Shown: positions 9,128 through 19,712, counted from the stretch's first letter. The stretch: DNA of 64,000 nucleotides from an uncultured Mailhella sp. (GCA_944322635.1 CALUPL010000045.1:1102-65101); one strand, 5' to 3'. Program-made: numbers and translations. The notes: generated from the sequence alone by a model not told the origin.

Positions 9128-10189
9128 CTAAAGGCTTTTCGTTTTCCGGGAGTCTTCCTGCAGAAGTTCCAGAGCGACGACAAGCGCGTCTTCCGGGGTA
9201 ACGCGAAGCAGACACTGAGGGTCGTCGCACTGCGTTTTCGAACAGGGCTGACATGGCAGATCAGGGCGTAGCTCCCGATGCATGGGGGAAGGGTATTTCC
9301 ATGCCGTGCCCGAGGCTCCGGGAATGACCAGGCTAGGCACGTTGAGGGCCGCGGCCATGTGACGGGGGGAGGAGCAGTTGCCTATGAGAAGTTCCGCTTC
9401 GGCCATGCATGCGGCGGAAAGACGGATTTCCGGCAGAGGCTGGGGGATAAGCAGATCTGCCTCGTTCAGGCCGAGCGAAAGACACAGGACTCGAAGATGC
9501 TGTATGTCCTGCTCTTCCCCGGGGCCGCGCAGAAGCAGAAAGCGGAAAGCCCCGTCTTTTTCCTTCAGCAGGCGCATGAGGGCGGCAAAGCGTTCAGCGG
9601 GCCAGCGCTTGGAAGCTCGGCGGTGAGTGGAATCAATGACGATGAGGCGGCTTTCTGCGGAAAGTCCGCAGTCGGCAAGAATCTTGCGGGCCTGCGTTTT
9701 TTCTTCTTCCGTAAGAAAAATGCGGGGACCTTCCTTCTGCCAGTGTATGCCGAAAGGCTCAAGCAGGGAAATTTTGGTTTCCGAAGCATAGCCGTCCTTC
9801 GGCGTGACGAGCCTGTTGTAGATGAATCTTGAAAGGGCGGAGGCGGGGAATGACAGACGCACGGGAGCGCGGCTTGCAAGTGTCATCATGCGGCAGCGGG
9901 GCAGTTGCTGCAGGTCGATAACGAGATCGAAACGGCAGGAGGCCACGCTCCGATAAAAGGCCAGCTGTTGGAAAAATCCCTTTTTTTTGTCGATGAGGTG
10001 GAAAACGTCGATGTAGGGATTGTGGCGCAGCAGCGGTTCACACTTTTGTTCGGTGAAGATGTGAAGCTCAGCCTTGGGAAAGCGCTTTTTGAGCACTTCG
10101 AAAACCGGAGAGGCCAGCAGCACGTCGCCTATCTGCCGCTGCTGGCAGACGAGAATGCGTCCGGGATTCAGCGTGGAAAGGTCGGTCAT
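9128..10189 (-). CDS. Glycosyltransferase family 9 (LPS heptosyltransferase-like)
   Basis: RQIGDVLL, DLVIDLQ, KRWP, GNCSSPRHMAAA, CQPC motifs. Confidence 0.88.
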   Translation of the reverse strand: MTDLSTLNPGRILVCQQRQIGDVLLASPVFEVLKKRFPKAELHIFTEQKCEPLLRHNPYIDVFHLIDKKKGFFQQLAFYRSVASCRFDLVIDLQQLPRCRMMTLASRAPVRLSFPASALSRFIYNRLVTPKDGYASETKISLLEPFGIHWQKEGPRIFLTEEEKTQARKILADCGLSAESRLIVIDSTHRRASKRWPAERFAALMRLLKEKDGAFRFLLLRGPGEEQDIQHLRVLCLSLGLNEADLLIPQPLPEIRLSAACMAEAELLIGNCSSPRHMAAALNVPSLVIPGASGTAWKYPSPMHRELRPDLPCQPCSKTQCDDPQCLLRVTPEDALVVALELLQEDSRKTKSL

Positions 10190-10215
10190 GGTTCCTCCCG
10201 TTCTCTTATGTGCGG

Positions 10216-10989
10216 CTATTTTGCCGAAACGTCGCCCTTGCGCCAGTAAGCCAGAAATTCCTGATTGCCCTTTGGCCCTTTGATGGCGGCGGGTGTCACG
10301 CCGAGACATTGCAGTCCTTCCTGTTCCATGAAGGCCAGCACCCTGTCCACGGCTTCCTGCCGCACGGTTTCGTCGCGTACCACGCCTTTTACGGTCTGTC
10401 CTGGCCCCACTTCAAACTGAGGCTTGATGAGTCCTACGGCAATGCCGCCTTCCTTCAGCCAGCGCAGGCAGTGCGGCAGAACCATGGTGAGCGATATGAA
10501 CGACACGTCGGCTACTATCATGTCCACGGGTTCGGGCACGGTGTCGGGCGGAGCGGTTCGCAGGTTCACGCCTTCGCGGGAGATGACGCGAGGATCGGCG
10601 CGCAGGCGTTCATGAAGCTGGGCGTGACCCACATCCACGGCGTAAACGCGGCTTGCACCGTACTGAAGAAGGCAGTCTGTGAAACCGCCGGTGGAGGCAC
10701 CCGCATCGAGGCAGACGAAGCCCTTCACGTCGATGTGATAGCGTTCCAGTGCGGTGAGCAGCTTGTATGCTCCGCGGCTTACAAAGCGTTCCACTCCAAC
10801 GAGCTGAAACTGCGTGGTTATTTTGTAGGGATGGCCGGGCTTCTGCACGAGTTCCGGCGCTTTTTCGGGATGCTCTTCGTCGGGCGCAAGCGCCACTTTG
10901 CCCGCCATGATGAGGCGACGGGCCTGTTCCTTGCTTTCGGCAAGTCCCTGTTCAAAAACGAGCTGATCGGCGCGGGCCTTGGCTATCAT
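10216..10989 (-). CDS. tlyA: TlyA rRNA 2'-O-methyltransferase/hemolysin A
   Basis: S4 domain, FVSRGAYKL, DAGASTGGFTD, DVSFIS, IKPQFE, GPKGNQEF. Confidence 0.93.
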   Translation of the reverse strand: MIAKARADQLVFEQGLAESKEQARRLIMAGKVALAPDEEHPEKAPELVQKPGHPYKITTQFQLVGVERFVSRGAYKLLTALERYHIDVKGFVCLDAGASTGGFTDCLLQYGASRVYAVDVGHAQLHERLRADPRVISREGVNLRTAPPDTVPEPVDMIVADVSFISLTMVLPHCLRWLKEGGIAVGLIKPQFEVGPGQTVKGVVRDETVRQEAVDRVLAFMEQEGLQCLGVTPAAIKGPKGNQEFLAYWRKGDVSAK

Positions 10990-11149
10990 GATGTTTCCTC
11001 CGGCTTTTCGTTGTACCGGCAAGCAAAAGGGATGGCAAGAAGGAAAGAATCTTGCCGTTCCTTTGAGGTGCATGGGAACAAATGTCGGACATAAAAAAGG
11101 GGAGGCATTGCCCCCCCCCCTTGCGGCATAATGCGGAACTGAGAGAGGC

Positions 11150-12388
11150 TTAGTCGCCTTCTTCCCTGGCAAAGCGGGCGCCGGCTTCGGGGCTGAACTC
11201 GCCTTCCCAGCGGGAAACCACAATGGCACCCGTAGCGTCGCCGAGCACGTTCACGGAGGTACGGGCCATGTCCATCACGCGGTCGATGCCGGCGATGATG
11301 GCAATGCCTTCCAGCGGGATGCCCACCTGGGTGAACACGATGGAACTCATGAGAAGACCGGCTCCGGGCACGCCCACGGTGCCGATGGAGGCCAGCACAC
11401 CCACAAGAATGACTTCGAACTGCTTGTCGAAGGGCATGGGAATGCCGTACAGCTCTGCTACGAAAATGGCCACAACGCCCATGTACACGGCAGTTCCGTC
11501 CATATTGATGGTATTGCCGAGAGGAATGGAGAAAGAGGCCACGGGCTTGGATGCGCCGAGCTTCTGAACCTGAATGAGGTTTGTGGAGAGGGCGGCGGCG
11601 CTCGAGCAGGTGGTGAAGGAAATGATCATGGGCGCGGCCAGCATTTTGAAGAACAGGGGAATACTGAGTCCGCAGGCCTTCACCAGAGGCAGATAGCATA
11701 CGAAAACATGGCACACGCAGGCCACGTACATGACGCCGATGACCTTGATGAGCGGAAGCAGAACAGCAGCGCCGTGGCTGGCCACGGTGAAGGCAATGAG
11801 GCCGAACACGCCGAAGGGCGCATAAACCATGACCATGTTGGTCACCTTGATCATGACCTCGGCGCAGCCTTCAAAGAAGGAAAGCACGGTCTTGCCCTTT
11901 TCGCCCACGGCACTCAGACCGAAACCGAAGATCATGGCGAAGAAGATGACCTGCAGCATGTTGCCCTTGCTCATGGAGTCGATGGGGTTCAGCGGCACGA
12001 TGTCGAGGAACACATCCACCATTCTGGGAGCCTGTACGGCCTGAGCCTTGAGCCCTTCGGTGGAAAGATTGAGCCCTTCGCCGGGATTCAGAATGTTGGC
12101 GAATACAAGGCCGATGAATACGGCCACGGCGGTGGTGCAGAAATAATAGATAAGCGTTTTGGAAGCCAGTCTGCCGAGTTTGCTGAGGTCACCCACGCTG
12201 GCGGCACCGGCAACAATGGTGGTCAGAACCAGAGGTACGACGACCATGCGGATGAGGTTGATGAAGAGCTGACCGATGGGCTTGAACCATGCCGTGTCGA
12301 AGCCCATGGAAGGGGCTGCAAGACCGGCGGCCACGCCGAGGGCCATGCCTATGGCCATCTGCACGGGCAGGCTGATGCGGTTTTTCAT
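11150..12388 (-). CDS. Dicarboxylate/amino acid:cation symporter (DAACS, GltP-like)
   Basis: FTTCSSAAAL, PLGNTINMDGT, DMARTSVNVLGD motifs. Confidence 0.92.
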   Translation of the reverse strand: MKNRISLPVQMAIGMALGVAAGLAAPSMGFDTAWFKPIGQLFINLIRMVVVPLVLTTIVAGAASVGDLSKLGRLASKTLIYYFCTTAVAVFIGLVFANILNPGEGLNLSTEGLKAQAVQAPRMVDVFLDIVPLNPIDSMSKGNMLQVIFFAMIFGFGLSAVGEKGKTVLSFFEGCAEVMIKVTNMVMVYAPFGVFGLIAFTVASHGAAVLLPLIKVIGVMYVACVCHVFVCYLPLVKACGLSIPLFFKMLAAPMIISFTTCSSAAALSTNLIQVQKLGASKPVASFSIPLGNTINMDGTAVYMGVVAIFVAELYGIPMPFDKQFEVILVGVLASIGTVGVPGAGLLMSSIVFTQVGIPLEGIAIIAGIDRVMDMARTSVNVLGDATGAIVVSRWEGEFSPEAGARFAREEGD

Positions 12389-12772
12389 GGATTCTCCTCC
12401 GGAATACGCGGGCCGTGGCAAAACAACGGCGGGATAAGTGACTGAAAGGGCGTCCGGTCTTGCAATGCTCCATGGTTCGGCCGGTACGTCGCTGTTCCAG
12501 TCTTTTACAAAAACGGAAAAAGCAGGAACGCCGGACATCTTTTCCATGAAAGAATCTGTCTGTCAAGCCGAGGAGAAGGCGGGGAGGGCCTATGTAAAAG
12601 TAACTGTTTTGTAGAAAAATCGTCGGTTACGCGCGCTCGGCTTTTTTTACGGGGAGGGAAAGCATTTGCCTTGCGTGCCGCTTTGGGGCATAGTCCCCCT
12701 GCAGATATTTTCTTTCAGTCAAGGAGGTTCCGTTATCCGTTTTTTTGTTCCGGTCCCGAATGTTCCACCTGA

Positions 12773-12805
12773 GCCGTGTGCTTGAGAACCACGTAAAAAA
12801 CAAGC
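12773..12805 (+). ncRNA. preQ1-I-like riboswitch aptamer, copy 1
   Basis: CGUG-UGCUUGAGAAC-CACG-UAAAAAA-CAAGC. P1 is CGUG/CACG, the loop GCUUG pairs with the 3' CAAGC (H-type pseudoknot), and L3 is A-rich. Lies directly upstream of queuosine genes. Confidence 0.8.
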
Positions 12806-12838
12806 GCCGTGTGCTTGAAAACCACGTAAAAAACAAGC
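12806..12838 (+). ncRNA. preQ1-I-like riboswitch aptamer, copy 2 (tandem repeat of copy 1)
   Basis: 33-nt direct repeat with one difference in an unpaired loop position (GAGAAC vs GAAAAC). Ends 1 nt before ATG 12840. Confidence 0.8.
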
Positions 12839-12839
12839 T

Positions 12840-13526
12840 ATGAAACAACACTCCTTTTCGGCAACGTTTCTGTTGCTCGCCATTGTTTTCTGTACCTGTC
12901 TCATCATTTCCAATCTGCTGGCCGCCAAGATATTCATGCTGGGCTCTCTCGCTCTTCCGGCGGCCGTCATCGTCTTTCCCGTTTCCTACATCATTAATGA
13001 CTGCATTGCCGAGGTGTGGGGCTTCCGCAGGGCTCGCTTCATCATCTGGACGGGCTTTGCCATGAATTTTCTGGTGGCCGCTCTCGGTCAGATTGCCGTA
13101 TTTCTTCCTTCCGCACCCTTCTGGAACGGCGACGCCCACTTCAACTACATGTTCGGCCTGGCTCCGCGTATTGCCGCGGCAAGCTTTCTTGCCTTTCTTG
13201 CCGGATCGTTCCTCAATGCCTATGTCATGAGCCGCATGAAGGTGGCTTCCAGAGGGCGGCACTTCTCGGTTCGTGCCATTGCCTCCACTCTGGTGGGCGA
13301 AGGCGTGGATTCCCTCATTTTCTTTCCCTGCGCCTTTGCGGGCATGATGTCCTTTTCCGACATGCTGCCCATGATGCTGGCGCAGACCGCCCTCAAGACG
13401 CTGTATGAAATCATTGTTCTGCCCGTGACCATCCTCGTGGTGAATCATGTCAAGCGCGTGGAGGAAACCGACGTTTATGATGAGGGCATTTCCTATAATA
13501 TTCTCAGGGTCAGGGAGGTATCCTGA
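12840..13526 (+). CDS. yhhQ: Queuosine precursor (preQ0/preQ1) transporter, YhhQ/VUT family
   Basis: [45 protein letters not shown]; first gene of the que operon. Confidence 0.9.
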   Translation: MKQHSFSATFLLLAIVFCTCLIISNLLAAKIFMLGSLALPAAVIVFPVSYIINDCIAEVWGFRRARFIIWTGFAMNFLVAALGQIAVFLPSAPFWNGDAHFNYMFGLAPRIAAASFLAFLAGSFLNAYVMSRMKVASRGRHFSVRAIASTLVGEGVDSLIFFPCAFAGMMSFSDMLPMMLAQTALKTLYEIIVLPVTILVVNHVKRVEETDVYDEGISYNILRVREVS

Positions 13527-14224
13527 TGTCCGGCGCACTTGTGGTGTTCAGCGGCGGGCAGGATTCCACCACCTGCCTTTTCTGGGCTCGCGAACGTTTT
13601 GAGAACGTGCGCGCATTGAGCTTTTTCTACGGCCAGAAGCACAGTCACGAACTGGACATGGCGCGATCCATTGCCGAAGAGGCGAAAATACCGCTGGACG
13701 TGCAGGACGTGAGCTTCATTTCCCGCATAGGCCGCAGTTCTCTTACGGATTCGACCATGACCATGGACAGGGAAAAGCCGGAAGGCGGCTGGCCCAACAC
13801 GTTTGTTCCGGGGCGCAACATGTTCTTTCTCGGCGTGGCCGCCGTGTGTGCCAGGGAACAGGGCATTCGGGACATTGTCACCGGTGTTTCCCAGACGGAT
13901 TTTTCCGGCTATCCCGACTGCCGGGATACGTTCATCCGTTCCATGAACGTCACGCTCAATCTCGCCATGGGAGAGCAGTTCGTCATTCATACGCCCCTCA
14001 TGTGGCTCGACAAGGCGCAGACCTGGGAACTCGCCGACAAGCTCGGCGTGTTCGATCTGGTGCGCACGCGCACGGTCACCTGCTACAACGGCATTGCCGG
14101 AGACGGATGCGGCGAATGTCCGTCCTGCCGCCTTCGCCGTCAGGGACTGGAGCGTTATCTTGAAAAGAAAAGAAAGGCGGGCAACGCATCGCCTTCATCT
14201 TCAGGAGAAAAGAACCATGCATGA
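13526..14224 (+). CDS. queC: 7-cyano-7-deazaguanine synthase
   Basis: SGGQDST, YGQKH, VPGRN, YPDCR, TCY...CGECPSC. Confidence 0.96.
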   Translation: MSGALVVFSGGQDSTTCLFWARERFENVRALSFFYGQKHSHELDMARSIAEEAKIPLDVQDVSFISRIGRSSLTDSTMTMDREKPEGGWPNTFVPGRNMFFLGVAAVCAREQGIRDIVTGVSQTDFSGYPDCRDTFIRSMNVTLNLAMGEQFVIHTPLMWLDKAQTWELADKLGVFDLVRTRTVTCYNGIAGDGCGECPSCRLRRQGLERYLEKKRKAGNASPSSSGEKNHA

Positions 14225-14678
14225 CCGCAGAGAAGACAATCTCACACTTCTCGGTTCCCCCACGAAATACCGGCAGGACTATGCGCCGGAAGTGCTGGAA
14301 ACTTTTGAGAACCGTCACGCCGGGCACGATTACTGGGTGCGCTTCAACTGTCCGGAATTCACCAGTCTCTGTCCTATTACGGGGCAGCCCGACTTTGCGG
14401 AAATCCGCATCGAGTACATTCCCGACGTGAAGATGGTGGAAAGCAAAAGCCTCAAGCTTTATCTTTTCAGCTTCCGCAATCACGGAGATTTTCATGAGGA
14501 CTGCGTGAACGTCATCATGAAGGATCTCATCAAGCTCATGGATCCCCGCTACATTGAAGTGACGGGCATTTTCACGCCGCGCGGAGGCATTTCCATATAC
14601 CCTTACTGCAACTACGGGCGTCCCGGCACGAAATACGAAAAAATGGCCGAGTTCCGCATGCTGCATCATGATCTTTAA
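14217..14678 (+). CDS. queF: preQ0 reductase, unimodular QueF
   Basis: [34 protein letters not shown]; RBS AGGAG. Confidence 0.96.
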   Translation: MHDRREDNLTLLGSPTKYRQDYAPEVLETFENRHAGHDYWVRFNCPEFTSLCPITGQPDFAEIRIEYIPDVKMVESKSLKLYLFSFRNHGDFHEDCVNVIMKDLIKLMDPRYIEVTGIFTPRGGISIYPYCNYGRPGTKYEKMAEFRMLHHDL

Positions 14679-14755
14679 TATGCTTTTCGGCAGATGCGCC
14701 TTGCTTTTTTAAGCGCGTTCTGCGCGTTCTTTTCAAAGGGGCGGCTTCATTGCCG

Positions 14756-14785
14756 TGAAAGGAGGGCCTTCGGGCCCTTTTTTCA
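14756..14785 (+). terminator. Intrinsic terminator after queF
   Basis: AGGGCC-TTCG-GGCCCT followed by a T run. Confidence 0.7.
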
Positions 14786-14868
14786 TGGAAGAAGCCGGTT
14801 TGACAAATGGTTTCTGTACCGGGAATAGTGAGCCTTGCACGAATGGATTTTGAGCAGAAGGAGGCCTC

Positions 14869-15894
14869 ATGCCGGAAAGTGCGTTTTCTTTGAAAAATCT
14901 GGCCGCCGAAGACGCGCGGATTGCGCTCGACGTAGCACGTTTCGTCCGTGAAGAACTCGGCGTGGAGCTTCGGGGGACGGGACTCGTTGCGGCCCTTTCC
15001 GGCGGGGCGGATTCCACGGCGCTGCTCGTGTTTTTTTGTGCTCTGCGCGATCATTTGCACTTTTCGCTTTCCGCCGCGCATCTCGACCACGGCCTGAGGC
15101 CGGAGAGCGCAGCCGAGGCCGAGGCGGCAGGAGAGCTTTGTCGCCGTTTCAACGTTCCTTTTTTTGTGAGGCGCGAAAACGTGGCGGAGCGTGCACGCGA
15201 GTGGAAGTGCGGCCTGGAGGAAGCGGGCAGGCGGGTACGGTACACCTTTTTGGAAGAGTGTCGGATGAAGGCTGGGGCACAATGGGTGCTTACGGCTCAT
15301 CATGTCGGAGATCTGGCAGAAGACGTGCTCATGCGCCTTTCCCGGGGAGCGGGCTGGCCGGGACTCGGCGGAATGCGGGGCATGGTGGACGAGCCGGGGC
15401 GTCATGTGCTGCGTCCGCTGCTCATGCTGGAAAAGCAGGACTGCACGGCCATGCTTGGCAGGCTCGGCATGTCGTGGCAGGAAGACGCGTCCAACCAAAG
15501 CCGCGCGTGGAAGAGAAACCGCATGCGGCATGACGTGGTGCCGCTGCTCATGGCGGAAAATCCCTCTTTTTACGACTGCGTGCGCCGCCTGTGGCGCTCG
15601 GCCCGCAGAGACGAGAAATTCTGGAACGAACGTGTGTCGCACGCGCTGCAGCAACAGGAGAATGGTTTTTTCATTTCCGATTCTTCGCTTCGGGAACTCG
15701 GCGAGGCGGGCAGACTGCGGGCTATGGCCGAGGCCTTGCGGCGTCTTTGCGGAGAGGTTCGGGCGGATACCCTGGAGAGTGTGGAGCAGTCCTGGAGGCG
15801 CAGGCTTTTCCCCCGTCGTTTTTCCTTTGCCGGGGGCGTGAAGGCGGAACTTTCCGGCCCGGGCGTTCTTTTTCATCATGCTTCGGGAAGATGA
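14869..15894 (+). CDS. tilS: tRNA(Ile)-lysidine synthetase
   Basis: ALSGGADS, HLDHGLR, EEAGRRVRY, TAHH..D, RPLL, DASN....RNRMR. Confidence 0.92.
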   Translation: MPESAFSLKNLAAEDARIALDVARFVREELGVELRGTGLVAALSGGADSTALLVFFCALRDHLHFSLSAAHLDHGLRPESAAEAEAAGELCRRFNVPFFVRRENVAERAREWKCGLEEAGRRVRYTFLEECRMKAGAQWVLTAHHVGDLAEDVLMRLSRGAGWPGLGGMRGMVDEPGRHVLRPLLMLEKQDCTAMLGRLGMSWQEDASNQSRAWKRNRMRHDVVPLLMAENPSFYDCVRRLWRSARRDEKFWNERVSHALQQQENGFFISDSSLRELGEAGRLRAMAEALRRLCGEVRADTLESVEQSWRRRLFPRRFSFAGGVKAELSGPGVLFHHASGR

Positions 15895-16258
15895 GTGCTG
15901 ATGCAACGCCATGGATGGCTGCGGCGGAGAACAAAGACAGGGGAGGCAGAAATGCCTGCTGCGCCTTGAAAATGGGGCAGGGCGTGAGGGTGCCGACAGG
16001 GCGTGGGGAGCCTTGGTTTGTAACACTATGCAAGAATTACCTGAAAGGGTTCGTCATGGGTGGGAAAATTGACAGATAGGTATATAACTTTCAGGTTTTA
16101 TTTACAAAAAATCATTACTGAATGTTTCGTGACCGTGTAAATCGCGTGCGCGGAGCTTTTGCATTGCCCTTGCCAGCTGGTGTAGGGTGCTTATTTAGCA
16201 GCAGAGAGAAGGCGGGACAGCCATGCCGCCTTCCAGTTTTCTCGCGAGGAGTTTTACC

Positions 16259-16540
16259 ATGCCGCTGTACGATTTTGAATGCAGGGATTGCCGGCACACC
16301 TTTGAGGAGCTGGCGTTTGAGGACGATGACATTATCACCTGCCCGAAGTGCGGGTCGCAGAATACGGCCCGTCTCGTTTCCGCTCCCAGTCCTCTTAAGA
16401 CGGGTGCGTTTCCCTTTAAAATAGGTCCGCGCCCGGCCTGGATGAACGACAAAAGGCTCAACAGAAACAGCCCCTGTCACGGCAACTGTTCCTCATGCGG
16501 CGGAGGAACGGCGGGAAGCGGCGGCGCAGCGCAGCAGTAA
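16259..16540 (+). CDS. FmdB-family zinc-ribbon protein
   Basis: MPLYDFECRDC...CPKCGS; RBS GAGGAG. Confidence 0.85.
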   Translation: MPLYDFECRDCRHTFEELAFEDDDIITCPKCGSQNTARLVSAPSPLKTGAFPFKIGPRPAWMNDKRLNRNSPCHGNCSSCGGGTAGSGGAAQQ

Positions 16541-16639
16541 GTCTTTTTTCGGAATTACAATGGCATGAAAGGCTCCTGCACGATAAAAGAAATTCAGGAG
16601 CCTTATCTCCCCTGAAATACGAATGTACAAGGAGTTCTC

Positions 16640-18055
16640 ATGAACGGCATCCTTAAAAAGACGGCGATAGCCGTAACTGGTTTCATGTTTTTGGCCTCTT
16701 CGGCCGCGGCGGCTCCCATGCTGCCCAATTTCGTGCCTCTGGCGAAGAATGCCGGTCCGGCCGTGGTGAACATCAGTACCGAACGCGAGGTGGAAAGCCC
16801 CGTGATGGGAATGTTCAGCTTCCCCGGCATGGATCAGTTCTTTGAGCAGTTCGGCGGCCCCTTCGGCATGCGTCCCGGCCAGCCCGCTCCCAAACAGAAG
16901 AGCAGCGCACTCGGTTCCGGTTTCATTATTTCTGCCGACGGGTACATTGTCACCAACAACCATGTGGTGGAAGGCGCCGACAAGATTACCGTGAAGCTCA
17001 ACGGCGACAAGTCCGACGGCCTTGCCGCGAAGATAGTGGGCACCGACGCGGAAACAGATCTTGCGCTCCTTAAGGTGGAAAGCAAGACGGCTCTGCCCGT
17101 GCTCAAGTTCGGCGATTCCGACGCCATGGAAGTGGGCGACTGGGTTGTGGCCATCGGCAATCCCTTCGGTCTGAGCAATACCGTGACGGCCGGTATTCTG
17201 AGCGCCAAGGGCCGCGACATACACGCCGGTCCCTTCGACAACTTCCTCCAGACCGACGCGTCCATCAACCCCGGCAACAGCGGCGGTCCGCTCATCAACA
17301 TGGACGGCGAGGTCATAGGCATCAACACCGCCATTTCCGCCAATGGGCAGGGCATAGGCTTCGCCATTCCCAGCAGCCTTGCTTCCAAGGTGATCAATGA
17401 CCTGCGCGAAGGCAAGAAGGTCAGCCGCGGCTGGCTCGGCGTGACCATTCAGGACGTGGACGAGAACACGGCCAAGGCCCTGGGTCTCAAGAGCGCCAAG
17501 GGTGCACTCATCGGGTCCGTGCTCGACAACGAGCCTGCCGACAAGGCCGGACTGCGCGCGGGTGACGTGATTGTCCGCGTGGGCAACACCGACATCGACA
17601 GTGCCTCTGCGGTCACGAGAAGTGTGGCTTCTCTCAAGCCCGACACCAAGGTAGATATCGTGGTAATGCGCAACGGCAAGGAAGTGAAGGCCACCGTCAC
17701 GCTCGGCGAGCGTTCCTCCCACAGCACGAGCGTGCAGAATTCCGGCCAGCAGAGTGAAGGCGGAGACCTCGGTGTGAGCATCAAGCCTCTTACTCCCGAC
17801 GATGCCCGTGCTCTTCAGCTTTCTGCCGATGTGAAGGGTCTGCTTGTGGTCGGCATAAAGAACGACGGTCCTGCTGCCGAAGCCGGCATCCGTACCGGTG
17901 ACGTGATTCTGTCGGCCAACCTCAAGCCGGTGACCAGCGCCGACGAGCTCGTTTCCATCGTCCGCAAGGAAGGTAAGGAACGCGGAGCCGTCATGCTTCA
18001 GATCAACCGTCGCGGCGAGACCTTCTTCATCACCGTGACGCTGGACAACAAGTAA
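16640..18055 (+). CDS. degP: DegP/DegQ (HtrA) periplasmic serine protease with 2 PDZ domains
   Basis: Signal peptide, TNNHVV, DLALLK, INPGNSGGPL, two PDZ domains. Confidence 0.95.
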   Translation: MNGILKKTAIAVTGFMFLASSAAAAPMLPNFVPLAKNAGPAVVNISTEREVESPVMGMFSFPGMDQFFEQFGGPFGMRPGQPAPKQKSSALGSGFIISADGYIVTNNHVVEGADKITVKLNGDKSDGLAAKIVGTDAETDLALLKVESKTALPVLKFGDSDAMEVGDWVVAIGNPFGLSNTVTAGILSAKGRDIHAGPFDNFLQTDASINPGNSGGPLINMDGEVIGINTAISANGQGIGFAIPSSLASKVINDLREGKKVSRGWLGVTIQDVDENTAKALGLKSAKGALIGSVLDNEPADKAGLRAGDVIVRVGNTDIDSASAVTRSVASLKPDTKVDIVVMRNGKEVKATVTLGERSSHSTSVQNSGQQSEGGDLGVSIKPLTPDDARALQLSADVKGLLVVGIKNDGPAAEAGIRTGDVILSANLKPVTSADELVSIVRKEGKERGAVMLQINRRGETFFITVTLDNK

Positions 18056-18494
18056 CGTGATCATGCCCCTTCGGGGCATGGAAACTCAGGCGGCGGGCAT
18101 TTTGTCCGCCGCCTTATGTTTTAACTATGGAGAAAACACGCGGAAGGGCGGGCTTTTTGTGGGAAAGCTTTTCAACAGTGCTGCTGCAAAAAGACCGTGC
18201 GTTGTTTTTCCCTGCTTTTGCCTGAACGAAAGTCCGGCGAAAATGCCCCCGACGGTAAAATACGGGCGTGGTCTGCAGAAGCATGCGCCATGCCTTGCCG
18301 TGAGATTTTGGCATGACTCTGCCCGTCTGCGGGAGAAATTGTCTGCCCGAAGTCGGTAGGCACCGTTGGAAAAAAGCCCGACTAATTGCTGGACGAAACG
18401 TTTTTTCCTCTCTATCTTGCTGAGGTCCGCGTCTTGGAGGGCGCGGGAGAGCTGTGCCGAGCCATAATCGGTTCCTTCGACCCCTGGAGTTTTC

Positions 18495-19712
18495 ATGTCT
18501 GTTTCACCTTTTAAAAGTACCGGGGCCCGTCTTTTCATGGCGTCCATTCTTGGTTTTCTTGCCGCCATGGGCCCGCTCTGTACGGATTTTTACCTTCCTG
18601 CACTGCCCGACATGGCGGAGGAGCTCGGCAGTGCACCTTCGCAGATGCAGCTCAGCATTACGGCCTGTCTGCTGGGGCTTTCTCTTGGGCAGATTGTGCT
18701 CGGCCCTCTCAGCGACGCCCGGGGCCGCAAAAGGCCGCTGCTTGTTTCCCTTGCGGTGTTCATTGTCGCTTCATTTCTTTGTTCCCGTGCTTCCGGCGTG
18801 GGAGAGCTTATTGCCCTGCGTTTCATTCAGGGGCTTGCGGGAAGCGGCGGCGTCGTTCTTTCCCGCGCCGTGGCCTGCGATCTTTTCCGCGGCACGGAAC
18901 TGACGAAGTTTTTTTCTCTGCTCATGCTCATCAACGGCGTGGCGCCCATTTTCGGCCCCGTCATAGGCGGACAGATACTGCGCTTTTCCAGCTGGAGCGG
19001 CATATTCGTTTTTCTTGCCCTTTGCGGTGTACTTCAGTTTTCTCTGGTGTTTTTCGGCTGTCCGGAAACGCTTCCGCCTGAAAAGCGCGTTCAGGGCGGC
19101 ATGGGGCAGTCCGTACGGGCCATGCTGCGTCTGTTCGAAAACCGCAAGTTTCTCTGCTACATGCTCATTCAGGGATTCGTTATGGCGGGCTTTTTCAGTT
19201 ACATTTCCGCTTCGCCCTTTGTGCTGCAGAATCTCTACGGCCTTTCCGCTCAGCAGTACGCGCTTTGCTTCGGCTTGAACGGACTCGGCATCATGCTTTT
19301 TGCTCAGGTAACGGGAAGAGTATGCACGGCCTACGGCGACAGAGCAGTGCTCGGCGCAGGCGTCGTGCTTTCCCTTGTCGCCTCGCTGTGCATTGTTGCG
19401 GTAAGTGTGCTCCGTTTGCCCGTGCCGTTCATGATAGGTTCTCTGTTCCTTTTCGTGTCGTGCATAGGCATTACGACGACCACAAGTTTTTCTCTGGCCA
19501 TTGCGGCGCAGACCGAAGGAGCGGGAAGTGCGTCCGGTCTGCTTGGCGTGACCTCCTTCGTGTTCGGCGCGGCGGCCTCGCCTCTTGTGGGACTGGGCGG
19601 CGCGGGAACGGCTCTGCCCATGGCCGCAGTGGCTGTTGTTTCCGGCCTGCTGGTGCTGCTGTTCTTTATCATGGCAGGACGGAGTCGTCGTACAGGGAAA
19701 TGCCGTGCGTGA
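18495..19712 (+). CDS. Bcr/CflA-family MFS drug efflux transporter
   Basis: DFYLPALP, GPLSDARGRKRP, RFIQG, PETL; 12 TM pattern. Confidence 0.92.
   Translation: MSVSPFKSTGARLFMASILGFLAAMGPLCTDFYLPALPDMAEELGSAPSQMQLSITACLLGLSLGQIVLGPLSDARGRKRPLLVSLAVFIVASFLCSRASGVGELIALRFIQGLAGSGGVVLSRAVACDLFRGTELTKFFSLLMLINGVAPIFGPVIGGQILRFSSWSGIFVFLALCGVLQFSLVFFGCPETLPPEKRVQGGMGQSVRAMLRLFENRKFLCYMLIQGFVMAGFFSYISASPFVLQNLYGLSAQQYALCFGLNGLGIMLFAQVTGRVCTAYGDRAVLGAGVVLSLVASLCIVAVSVLRLPVPFMIGSLFLFVSCIGITTTTSFSLAIAAQTEGAGSASGLLGVTSFVFGAAASPLVGLGGAGTALPMAAVAVVSGLLVLLFFIMAGRSRRTGKCRA

Noticed and set aside
12773-12838. 33-bp direct repeat as a mini-CRISPR
   Set aside because: No spacer between copies and no cas genes; the pseudoknot and que context explain it better.
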